64,000 bases of DNA from sequence record MT833283.1; one strand, written 5' to 3'. Positions 7,294 through 15,388 of the stretch are shown here, piece by piece (the first letter of the stretch is position 1; every line of letters starts with the position of its first letter). The DNA comes from Escherichia coli phage vB_EcoS_Ace. Below the pieces are notes generated by a model. It did not search any database and was not told the origin of the DNA. It worked only from the letters and a program-made list of their open reading frames with translations. Made by a program: the position numbers and the translations under genes.

Positions 7294-7903
7294 CGTTAAA
7301 GTGATGAATCAGCCAGTCTACTGCGTTTACTGCTTCGTCCATACGAACTTTGTAGTCCGGGGAGTCGATGTACACAGTACGCCCTTCAGGGAACTGATTT
7401 GGAAATTCTTTCTTCATCTGCTCGAACAGTTCAGAAGTAATTGAACGATCGGAGTTAATACGTAAACCATCATCTACCCACTTGACAGTGGGCGCTAGAA
7501 CAATTACTAAATCGTAATGTTCTTCTTTTGCAATTGCTGTAACCACAGGGTTCTTACGATGTTCATAAAGTCTGTGGTAGAACTCAGTAATAAAAGCATT
7601 TGTATCCACAAACATGATCTTATTTGCAGTACGTTCTGCCTCAAACTCTAGCTCTTTGTGTCTGAACGCAATTTTACTATAATCTTCGCTGGTAAGCAGA
7701 TTTTCGTTACCAACTAGATCAACTTCACAATACGTTCGACCATATTCTTCTACCCACGAAGTGTTGTATAGCTTCGCAAGGTATTTTGTTAAAGTAGTCT
7801 TTCCTGAGCTTTCAGTCCCAATGATTACAACCCTACGCACGTAATCTTTACGAACTACGCTAGGAAGAAACTCCCAATACTTCATAAGATCATTACGAAT
7901 CAT
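7280..7903 (-). CDS. nadR: NadR-like ribosylnicotinamide kinase domain (downstream part of a nadR-like gene interrupted by an in-frame TAG)
   Basis: Walker A IIGTESSGKTTL; translation of the same frame upstream back to the TAG at 8114-8116 gives ...RVPISATMIRNDL (nucleotidyltransferase ISxTxIR motif) with no further stop. Confidence 0.75.
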   Translation of the reverse strand: MIRNDLMKYWEFLPSVVRKDYVRRVVIIGTESSGKTTLTKYLAKLYNTSWVEEYGRTYCEVDLVGNENLLTSEDYSKIAFRHKELEFEAERTANKIMFVDTNAFITEFYHRLYEHRKNPVVTAIAKEEHYDLVIVLAPTVKWVDDGLRINSDRSITSELFEQMKKEFPNQFPEGRTVYIDSPDYKVRMDEAVNAVDWLIHHFNVGEF

Positions 7904-8113
7904 TGTAGCTGAGATTGGAACACGAGTCCGATCAGAATCTACAATATAATGACCAAACTTCGGCAGATATTTCTTATATTCTGCATCATAGTCTAGTTCG
8001 CTAGAGAAAATGGTGATCTCAGGTAAATGTCCGTAATTTTCATTAAGGATTCTAGCATATTCCGGCCAACCATTCGGATATTCAGGAATATCATCTTCAA
8101 TAATATACTCTAC

Positions 8114-8335
8114 CTAAACGTGCTCAATATCCGCGTAAGTTTGTTCTAACCAACGAAGACGATTCTTTAACTGTAATACTTCCTGATCACGTGTGTTCTG
8201 CTTATCCAGCCAACGATTATCATGACTAACTACAATAATAACTCGTTCACACATAGTTGCTGCTGTATTTATTAGGTTAATATGGCCACGCGTTAAGGGT
8301 GCGAACTTACCAATTACTAGACCAGTCTTAATCAT
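8114..8335 (-). CDS. nadR: NadR-like NMN adenylyltransferase N-terminal fragment, ending at in-frame TAG
   Basis: MIKTGLVIGKFAPLTRGHINL carries the (H/T)xGH nucleotidyltransferase motif; same frame as 7280-7903; start ATG 8335 has RBS AGAGAGG and a T5-type promoter. Confidence 0.7.
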   Translation of the reverse strand: MIKTGLVIGKFAPLTRGHINLINTAATMCERVIIVVSHDNRWLDKQNTRDQEVLQLKNRLRWLEQTYADIEHV

Positions 8336-8365
8336 GTTTGATTCCTCTCTCAAATTTATAAATAT

Positions 8366-8394
8366 ATTATACAGAGAATTTAGCATTCAAGCAA
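8366..8394 (-). promoter_or_regulatory. sigma70-type T5 early promoter (-35 TTGCTT, 17-nt spacer, -10 TATAAT) for nadR
   Basis: rc of 8366-8394 gives TTGCTT-N17-TATAAT followed by leader AAATTTGAGAGAGG. Confidence 0.7.
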
Positions 8395-8547
8395 ACGAAT
8401 TTTTAAACTTTTTAGTGGAAAAATCTCAGGGCATTTAATGGTAGCACGTTGTTGCAGCAACAATAGTATGCGATTCTAAAGAATTAAATACTAAAGACCT
8501 TAGTTGAATAACTTATGGGCTTTTCTTTTGCCTTAAATACAGAAAAG

Positions 8548-8578
8548 CCCGCGCTCTCGGAGGGAACGCGGGCTTGGT
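8548..8578 (-). terminator. rho-independent terminator downstream of the SPFH gene
   Basis: Inverted repeat GCCCGCG...CGCGGGC followed by a T-run on the minus strand. Confidence 0.6.
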
Positions 8579-8598
8579 TCGAAGATTACGTGTAACTA

Positions 8599-9543
8599 TT
8601 ACTTGTTACGCATATCCATGATCATTTGACCATCGTAGCCAGTACCAACAACAGTCTGCGGTACACCACCTTGGTATTTTTCAGCACGAAGCATTTCAAC
8701 TTCCAGCTGCTTCCAACGAATCATTTCAGGAGTAATGGTACGTTGCAGCGCGGCGTTAGCTTCAGCTTCTTTCTTAGCTGCGTACAGTTTAGCATCTGCG
8801 TCACGTTCGTTAGCTACTGCCATGTTTTCACGAGCAGAACGATCAGCTTCAGCTTGCTTAACTTTCTGCTGTGCTTCTTGTTCAACACGAGCCAATTCAG
8901 CTTTTGCAGCGTTAACTTGTTCTTCACGAACTTTAGTGTTCTGTACCTGTTCCATGATTACCGGTGGCAGAGTAATATCCTGAAGGAATACTTGCTTAAC
9001 CGTGTAACCATAAGGACGCGCGTACTCTTCTACCTCTTGCTGAATAGCAGTTTGCAGTTGAGCCTGAATCTTAGCGTCGAACAGATCTTGTGCTTTTGGT
9101 ACGGACTTACCAAACTCACGAATCGTAGACAGCATCTTCTCTTCAACGTACTTGTTCAGAGCTTGATCCTGAGTACCTGCGTTAACACGGTTCATAGGAG
9201 CTTTAGCACCATCAAACTGCAACATAACGGTAATGTCAACAGTAGACTTAAACTTATCCTGGCTAGGAACCTGAAGTTTATCCAGTTTCATGGAAATATC
9301 TTTCGTACTAAAAGTATCAAAAGAAGCAAATGGGTTAACAATATGGAAGCCTGGCAGTACAGGGTTCGGGCTAACTTTACCCAGGAAGGTCTGAGTCTTT
9401 ACAGTACCATCCTGAACAACTGTGTAGGAATTGAGAGCCAGAATAAGAGCACCAAGACCAACTACAGCACCAACACCCCAACGTTTAATAGTACGAATTA
9501 CTTTTTGCTCAGAAGTCAGTTCTTTAGTGTTTTTAGTAAACAT
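8599..9543 (-). CDS. SPFH/band-7 (stomatin/prohibitin/HflK-like) membrane protein
   Basis: 314 aa; N-terminal TM helix (WGVGAVVGLGALILAL), SPFH-like core, long charged coiled-coil C-terminus (EQVNAAKAELARVEQEAQQK...). Confidence 0.65.
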   Translation of the reverse strand: MFTKNTKELTSEQKVIRTIKRWGVGAVVGLGALILALNSYTVVQDGTVKTQTFLGKVSPNPVLPGFHIVNPFASFDTFSTKDISMKLDKLQVPSQDKFKSTVDITVMLQFDGAKAPMNRVNAGTQDQALNKYVEEKMLSTIREFGKSVPKAQDLFDAKIQAQLQTAIQQEVEEYARPYGYTVKQVFLQDITLPPVIMEQVQNTKVREEQVNAAKAELARVEQEAQQKVKQAEADRSARENMAVANERDADAKLYAAKKEAEANAALQRTITPEMIRWKQLEVEMLRAEKYQGGVPQTVVGTGYDGQMIMDMRNK

Positions 9544-9554
9544 ATATTTCCTTA

Positions 9555-9755
9555 TTATTTAGAAGAGTTAGCTACTACAGTTACTTTAGTTGCAGAAATA
9601 AACAGGCCAGCATCCACAGCAAATTCAGGAGCTTTGATATCTCCATTATGAAATATGACTATACCGGAGATTACCTCAAATGCTAGTGCTGTAACATCGG
9701 TGGTATTTACTTGTGAATGTTCACCTACTACTTTTACTATATATCGTGTTTTCAT
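9555..9755 (-). CDS. hypothetical protein
   Basis: 66 aa ORF immediately downstream of the SPFH gene. Confidence 0.45.
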   Translation of the reverse strand: MKTRYIVKVVGEHSQVNTTDVTALAFEVISGIVIFHNGDIKAPEFAVDAGLFISATKVTVVANSSK

Positions 9756-9781
9756 TTTATTTTCCTAACAGTTAATAAAAT

Positions 9782-9856
9782 TGGCCGAGGTGACAGGATT
9801 TGAACCTGCATAAAGGAATTTAGAAGACTCCTGCCTATCCCTTAGACTACACCCCG
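9782..9856 (-). tRNA. tRNA-Arg (TCT)
   Basis: Acceptor CGGGGTG/CACCTCG, anticodon stem GGAGT/ATTCC with loop CTTCTAA, T-arm GCAGG-TTCAAAT-CCTGT, CCA encoded. Confidence 0.75.
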
Positions 9857-9864
9857 AAAGTTAA

Positions 9865-10374
9865 TCATTTAATGACTTTATTCAATTTAGTTTGACTTTC
9901 AACAGCTTCTTTAGCAGATTTCTCAGCATTTTTAGCTGCACGTTGTGCTTTAGAGTCAATCAATAGCTTGTCATACTTGATATTAACGAACTCTTTAATA
10001 TCGTGGTAGAAACGTTGATGTGCCATGTATTCTTGTGCATCTGCGTCATAACAGCGCATATAGAAGTAATCACTAGGCTCTCCGCGAAGTGTACTCTCTA
10101 GAATCTGCGGGCGATAACGACGTAATGTATCTTTCGCCATTTTTACTTCATCAGTTTCTTCACCAAGCTGAACTAGGTGATAAAGACGAGTATTGTCGAT
10201 GTAATCCAAAGCTACGCTAAAGTATTCACCTTCTCGAAGATTATATCCTGTAATCTCACTCATTTTCTCGCGAGCTTGATCAAGTGTCAATCGTTCAGAG
10301 AAATGTGCTATATGCAGAATACGAGGGCAACACATTTCTTGAAGATCAAAGATACAAGTTGTTCCTAGATTCAT
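9865..10374 (-). CDS. hypothetical protein
   Basis: 169 aa ORF; RBS AAGGA upstream; lies at the 3' end of the ORF-free transcribed block. Confidence 0.55.
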   Translation of the reverse strand: MNLGTTCIFDLQEMCCPRILHIAHFSERLTLDQAREKMSEITGYNLREGEYFSVALDYIDNTRLYHLVQLGEETDEVKMAKDTLRRYRPQILESTLRGEPSDYFYMRCYDADAQEYMAHQRFYHDIKEFVNIKYDKLLIDSKAQRAAKNAEKSAKEAVESQTKLNKVIK

Positions 10375-11247
10375 ATTGATTCCTTTTGTTAGGTATTTTT
10401 AAGAACTCTCGAAAAAGCTCTTAAAGATACCCGGCGGTAGGTAGGGTCAGCCCCCTCAGATTAAGCTCTGCAGCCCTTCCGTCAGACAATATCCTCCAGT
10501 TTAAGTCAGGGTGACTTTGTGGTTATGTTCTCCGTATGTGAAGAACTCGGTTAGGCTTAGGTCATGACTCCCAGCCTACTGCTGCCACTCAACAGGAATT
10601 ATCGCGAATTACCTGTACTATTGGGCACCATTAGTGACATCTCTCATGCCAGCATTTCCCACTCTCATATTCACGCGGTCTGGTAGAATCACACCTCCGA
10701 TTTTCGATGCGAAGCTGGATGCCTAGTCTCTATGTTAAACGGGGCACACACTAGGCAGTGATCCCGAGTTCCGAGTTTGGTTGAGGCCGTCAGGTTTCCT
10801 CGTGGTTTAGCTGTTTCGATTCTAACCTAATACTGATCAGGCGGCGTACCTCCTGAACCGTCATAGTATGTACTCCAGCAGCGAATGCTTATCCGGTATA
10901 AGCCCGAGTTATCCGATTCTTTCCGACCGCAGGATTCGAACCTGCATCTTCCACCAGTTACGGTTTAATATTACCGTTTATACTAGGACGGCAGTGTTAT
11001 CACATAAGTCAGTTCGACACCCCACTAACATAAACTAGAGAAGAGTTTACGAGATTTCGGGACAGCTCCCGTGTTTTCCGCAGATTTTCAGTTCCCTATC
11101 AATAGCAATAAGCGTTAGCTCGTAGCCTCTCTCAGAGTACTTACTAGTCTCCAACTCACCGACTCTATTCAGTGGAATAGCTATCCTAGTAGGAATCACT
11201 AAACTCACTCAGCGTAATCGGCTCGCTGTTCTCTACTTTATGAATTT
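10375..11247 (-). ncRNA. candidate long structured non-coding RNA or very long leader (ORF-free, GC-elevated, promoter-driven)
   Basis: About 870 nt with no ORF of 60 aa or more in the track; visibly more GC-rich than flanking DNA; strong T5-type promoter at 11248-11276 reads into it; contains canonical T-arm GCAGG-TTCGAAT-CCTGC (plus 10928-10944) without a foldable tRNA body. Confidence 0.4.
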
Positions 11248-11276
11248 ATTATACAGAATTTTGAAGCGTTTAGCAA
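11248..11276 (-). promoter_or_regulatory. sigma70-type T5 early promoter (-35 TTGCTA, 17 nt, -10 TATAAT) firing into the ORF-free block
   Basis: rc of 11248-11276 gives TTGCTA-N17-TATAAT, then TAAATTCATAAAGTAGAGAACAG resembling the conserved leader but without an ATG. Confidence 0.65.
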
Positions 11277-11284
11277 ACCAATTT

Positions 11285-11728
11285 TTAATTAAATTCGCCA
11301 GCAACCTGAGCAGCAATGCCACCGTCGTAACGACCAGGAAACTCTTCCTTAATCGCTTTCATCAGCATACCCTTTGTAATCCCAGGATTCAGCTTAACTA
11401 ATTCTGCGAAGTATTTGCGAATCTCAGTAGGAGATAACTGAGGCGGCAGATACTGCTGTAGCCATTTGTTCAGTATATACTCATACTGAGCAGACTGCAA
11501 GCTATAATTATCGAGGTCTTGACCGTGAAGTTTAGCTTTCGTATGATTAATGCTTTTCAGTTGAGCTTTTAGATAAGATACAAACTGTTCAGAAGTTATG
11601 AAGTCTTTATCAATACGCTGAAGATCTCCGATTATGGTCTGGTAGCTTTTAGCTACTTCTTTATCAGAACCATCAACCTTAGATTCCTGCAAAACTCTAC
11701 GCAAAACAGATAGAATATTCTCTTCCAT
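11285..11728 (-). CDS. GatB/YqeY-like domain protein
   Basis: 147 aa; C-terminal region (GITKGMLMKAIKEEFPGRYDGGIAAQVAGEF) resembles the YqeY/GatB C-terminal domain; assignment by motif memory only. Confidence 0.5.
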   Translation of the reverse strand: MEENILSVLRRVLQESKVDGSDKEVAKSYQTIIGDLQRIDKDFITSEQFVSYLKAQLKSINHTKAKLHGQDLDNYSLQSAQYEYILNKWLQQYLPPQLSPTEIRKYFAELVKLNPGITKGMLMKAIKEEFPGRYDGGIAAQVAGEFN

Positions 11729-11898
11729 TATTTAATTTCCAGTGCTTGGTTAAAAGATTGTTCTGTCATAACTGCTGAGACTTTGGCGAAATCAAACTTC
11801 TTAGGGTTTGTAGTAATTTCAGCAACGTTAGTAGTTTTAACTGTTTTCGTAGTACGGATACCACGAGTATTAACACCAATAATTACAACTGATTTCAT
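11728..11898 (-). CDS. small hypothetical protein (56 aa), absent from the ORF track
   Basis: ATG at 11898 preceded by RBS GAGAGGAAG and a T5-type promoter (11920-11980); stop TAA overlaps the ATG of the GatB/YqeY-like gene (TAATG). Confidence 0.55.
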   Translation of the reverse strand: MKSVVIIGVNTRGIRTTKTVKTTNVAEITTNPKKFDFAKVSAVMTEQSFNQALEIK

Positions 11899-11966
11899 AT
11901 TTCGCTTCCTCTCATTAATTTATGAAAGTATTATACAGAAATTTAAGGCTTTAAGCAATCGAATTT

Positions 11967-12419
11967 TTAAGTTTTCTTAACCACAGGCTTGTAGAACGTA
12001 TGGCCTTGAATCTTCGTTGTTTTCTTAAACTTCTTTGTCCAGTACGGTTTATCTTTACCACTATGGAAGTATAACGCTCCATGTGTTGGATCTTGTGGTA
12101 AATCAACGTAGTATATCACTCTAGCTAAATTCTTAGCAACTTGCCAAGCCTCATCGGTTTTATCAACTTTTGGTCTCTTGGCCACCCAAGAGAACTGGTT
12201 AGACTGATATACTACTTTACAGTAAGAATCAGGAAAAGTACCAGAGTTAACACGATTTTTAGTAACCTGTGCAACTGCGATCATTCCTTTAGTGCCCTCA
12301 CCACGACTCTCAAAATAGATGTTTTTTGCAATACAGTCTATCTCTTTAGCATCATGTGTGGCATAAGCAGGTAAGCTACTTATAGTAGTGGCCAGCAGGA
12401 GTAATACTTTCAACATAGT
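11967..12419 (-). CDS. secreted SleB/CwlJ-like cell-wall hydrolase
   Basis: Start moved to internal ATG (MLKVLLLLATTISSLPAYA signal peptide), just downstream of the HNH gene stop; hydrolase core NIYFESRGEGTKGMIAVAQVTKNRV...QSNQFSW. Confidence 0.7.
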   Translation of the reverse strand, partial: TMLKVLLLLATTISSLPAYATHDAKEIDCIAKNIYFESRGEGTKGMIAVAQVTKNRVNSGTFPDSYCKVVYQSNQFSWVAKRPKVDKTDEAWQVAKNLARVIYYVDLPQDPTHGALYFHSGKDKPYWTKKFKKTTKIQGHTFYKPVVKKT

Positions 12420-12420
12420 A

Positions 12421-12945
12421 TCACTCCTTATACGGCTGGTATAGGGCAAATTCACCGAATAGGTCAAACCTTAAATCATTTGCTACATCTACCGCTTCTT
12501 TTAGACTAAGAAAGGTTCCGCCCTCTATAGGCTTTTTATCTTTCTTTACAATAACCCTCCACCCTTGAGGTGTTTTATACACATTTTTATAGCCAGAAGT
12601 ATTGGCCTTCCCAATATCTTTATTAGCATTATTTTGTGAATGAGTGGCGTCTCTGAGATTTTCTATTTTATCGCAGAAAGGATTAGTGTCATGCCTAGTC
12701 CTATCTTTATGATCAACTTGTACTGGTAAGTATCCTTTATGATATAAAAATACTAATCTATGGTGTCTGTATGATTTATTATCAATGGACACTACTATTG
12801 ATTTCCCATCTTTAGCCCCAGCAGGCTTATCCGCCCATTTGGCATTCCATGCAGGGGCTTTATTGGGATTAGCTTTCCAGTACAATCTACCTTCCTCACT
12901 ATTGTAGTGAAATAAGGATAATAGGTTTTCCTGGGTTATTTCCAT
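12421..12945 (-). CDS. HNH endonuclease with AP2-like DNA-binding domain
   Basis: 174 aa; HNH region HHRLVFLYHKGYLPVQVDHKDRTRHDTN...ENLRDATHSQN; AP2-like SGYKNVYKTPQGWRV. Confidence 0.7.
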   Translation of the reverse strand: MEITQENLLSLFHYNSEEGRLYWKANPNKAPAWNAKWADKPAGAKDGKSIVVSIDNKSYRHHRLVFLYHKGYLPVQVDHKDRTRHDTNPFCDKIENLRDATHSQNNANKDIGKANTSGYKNVYKTPQGWRVIVKKDKKPIEGGTFLSLKEAVDVANDLRFDLFGEFALYQPYKE

Positions 12946-12949
12946 TTAT

Positions 12950-13267
12950 TTACTCCTGCCAATCGTACTCAATACGATTGGGGTTTTCTTGATAACCAGC
13001 TGTTTTTAACTGTTGGCGCATATTTTCTGCAGCAACAGAATTGCTGGTGACTAAAACCACCTTTTTAGGGTACAAATCTTTATCTTCTAGGATACGACTT
13101 AACAAATGGTGGCCTTCTACTTTACTACCCATGTCATTATCTAAATAAAGATAATTACCCTGGAGTTGTAACTGATAGAGCATTTCGTACGCTACATCAG
13201 GGTTTCTGATGATGATATCCATTCCATTTAAGTCACGTACATCATCAAACAAAATATGTAAAGTCAT
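12950..13267 (-). CDS. hypothetical protein
   Basis: 105 aa ORF; minus-strand promoter TTGCAA-N17-TATAAT at about 13285-13320. Confidence 0.5.
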   Translation of the reverse strand: MTLHILFDDVRDLNGMDIIIRNPDVAYEMLYQLQLQGNYLYLDNDMGSKVEGHHLLSRILEDKDLYPKKVVLVTSNSVAAENMRQQLKTAGYQENPNRIEYDWQE

Positions 13268-13711
13268 AGGAGCCTCGTCTCATCAATTTAAAAATATATT
13301 ATACAGATAATTAAACTGTTTTGCAAATACATTTTTAGATTGAGAGAACTAGTAAACCGATAAACAGCCTAGAGGCGCCACAGGCCATATCTTATGAGCC
13401 ATGTACCTTTGATCTAGGGTTTGAATCATCAACGAATACTTTGCATCTTTTAGCTTTAGAAGGTTAGAAGTTTGAGTGCTTTTAACTTTTCAGCTTTCAT
13501 ACTTGAGCGTTGATCTTTGAAGTTGTGTTGGTACTACCAACGACCTTTTGTTTTTACGTGTCAGATTAAATGTCTGATGTAATAAACATAATCTCCAATA
13601 GATTATACTTTATAGTATGGTCAGCGGTCTTATTTAACCTCGTATTTCAACCGCTGCTGCGAGGTAAGATGCTTGGGCTTTCGTCTACCGATTTACTAGT
13701 CTTTTAAATTA

Positions 13712-14350
13712 TTACTCTACTTCGATAAAAGTAGAGGCGTTGGACTCAGACAGAACAAAGTCAACGTTAGTTGCAAAGTCCTGGTACTCTTCGTCGTGTT
13801 GCTTGATCAGCTTTTCCAGCTCCAGCGGATCGATCAGGAACGGAGTGTTCTTGAGTTCCAGCAGGTTAAGCTGCATCTTAACTTCATCCTCGGAAGTCTT
13901 CTTGTCGCGGGTAGCCATGGTATCCTGCAAACGCTCATACTTAGCATCAAACTGAGCTTTCTGAGTGTTAAACTTAACAGTAGCAGCATGGAACTGCTTA
14001 CGCATGTTAGCCAGCAACTGAGCTTTGAGTTCCATAGAACGCTTAGCTTCGATTGCTTCCGCAACAGTCATAGAGCGAGAACCGATCTCTACAACAGTTT
14101 CAGCATTGCTCTTGATCAGCGCAGCTTTCAGACTATCACGCTGGGACATCATATCCAACAGAGACTGGAAATCAGTCTTAATACGAGTAGACAGAGCATC
14201 TACTTCGATTGCAGCGCCAACTACAACTTGGTTCTTATCCTTACCTTCACCAACAGCAATCAAAAGCTGTTGTTCAGTAGCTTTACGGATTTTAGCTTCT
14301 AGAGACTTGATAGTTGCCAGAGCACGAGTTTTAGAGATACGAGTAGTCAT
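13712..14350 (-). CDS. hypothetical coiled-coil protein
   Basis: 212 aa, predicted coiled-coil throughout. Confidence 0.55.
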   Translation of the reverse strand: MTTRISKTRALATIKSLEAKIRKATEQQLLIAVGEGKDKNQVVVGAAIEVDALSTRIKTDFQSLLDMMSQRDSLKAALIKSNAETVVEIGSRSMTVAEAIEAKRSMELKAQLLANMRKQFHAATVKFNTQKAQFDAKYERLQDTMATRDKKTSEDEVKMQLNLLELKNTPFLIDPLELEKLIKQHDEEYQDFATNVDFVLSESNASTFIEVE

Positions 14351-14403
14351 TATTTCTTCCTTATATGAAGTTTGAGATTTGAATTTGTTTTAAAAATGGT
14401 CTA

Positions 14404-14586
14404 TTACAGACCGATTGCCAGCAGAGTGCGCAGAACAGTATCAGAACTGTTATCAATATTCGGGTTGGCGCGATTCAGCACATTAAAGATTTTCTGGATG
14501 CCGGACTGACGCTCAGCCATACGACGCAGACCCAGGTTACGTTTTGCTACTTTACCATTTTTACGGACGTTTTTAGATACTGGCAT
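14404..14586 (-). CDS. small basic protein
   Basis: 60 aa Lys/Arg-rich ORF directly downstream of a T5-type promoter/leader (14600-14656). Confidence 0.5.
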   Translation of the reverse strand: MPVSKNVRKNGKVAKRNLGLRRMAERQSGIQKIFNVLNRANPNIDNSSDTVLRTLLAIGL

Positions 14587-14656
14587 AATTATTTTCCTTT
14601 TGTTGTTCTCTCAAATTTATGAATATATTATACAGAATTTTGGAGCTGAAAGCAAA

Positions 14657-15358
14657 TCAAATTTTGATTTTTTTGATCATGACGGCTACACAATAACTTT
14701 CAACTAAAGCATCAAATGCTGGATCATGCTTCACAGGATAGATTCCATAACGAATGGTGTCCATCTTTTCCATTTTAGCTTTTGCCCAGCTAGCACCTTC
14801 GGCTTCTAGATCTTTATAGCTATAACCAGCTTGCATCCACTGATTACGGAAAGATCGAACGTTACCTAAGTTCCAGAATTTCCACGGAACTATTTCTTCA
14901 TGGGTTCCGGCATGGAACGTATTTGCAGAGTAGATTGTCATATCAAACTCTGGGCCATTGCCGTAATACAGAGCATTATCTCCTAGAGACAATTCCATAA
15001 TGTTCTGAGCCATAGAGAAGGCAGCATAATTAGAGCCTACGTCATTAGTGCAGTGATGCTTACCATCACGGAAGGCAATTAGTTTAGGATTACGACCATT
15101 TAGAGCCTCCATAATATGGAGCGCAGATGGACTGTTTTTAGCTTGATCCATCCAGAATGCAATAGTAGAGGCAGTTACCTTAGCACCCGCATTAAGCTGA
15201 TCTTGAACGTCTAGAGTAACGAATACCAGATCAGGATCTTTATCAATTCCGTGCATCGCTACAAAAGCGAAAGAAGGCATTGCAATATGAGTAGTACCGC
15301 AATTTCCTGGAGTACCTAGAGATTCAATGTCCAGCATACCAAAGGGCTTGAATTTCAT
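14657..15358 (-). CDS. DEDDh-type 3'-5' exonuclease (DnaQ/oligoribonuclease-like)
   Basis: 233 aa; Exo I-like GMLDIESLG and Exo III-like YPVKHDPAFDA motifs. Confidence 0.6.
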   Translation of the reverse strand: MKFKPFGMLDIESLGTPGNCGTTHIAMPSFAFVAMHGIDKDPDLVFVTLDVQDQLNAGAKVTASTIAFWMDQAKNSPSALHIMEALNGRNPKLIAFRDGKHHCTNDVGSNYAAFSMAQNIMELSLGDNALYYGNGPEFDMTIYSANTFHAGTHEEIVPWKFWNLGNVRSFRNQWMQAGYSYKDLEAEGASWAKAKMEKMDTIRYGIYPVKHDPAFDALVESYCVAVMIKKIKI

Positions 15359-15388
15359 AATTATGTCCTTTATTGTTGTAGAAAACTA

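Noticed and set aside
8626-9651. 341-aa plus-strand ORF
   Set aside because: Antisense to the SPFH gene, low-complexity Leu/Ser/Phe-rich translation, no RBS; an artefact of an AT-rich opposite strand.
1-11300. Amber-suppressor tRNA (CTA anticodon) that could read the nadR TAG
   Set aside because: I checked anticodon loops of the 15 folded tRNAs and scanned tRNA-like regions for a CTA loop flanked by a 5-bp stem; none found. This is a by-eye search, so absence is provisional.
13796-14302. 168-aa plus-strand ORF (and nested 13740-13955, 14025-14375 ORFs)
   Set aside because: Antisense to the coiled-coil gene 13712-14350; the repetitive coiled-coil codons create open frames on the opposite strand.
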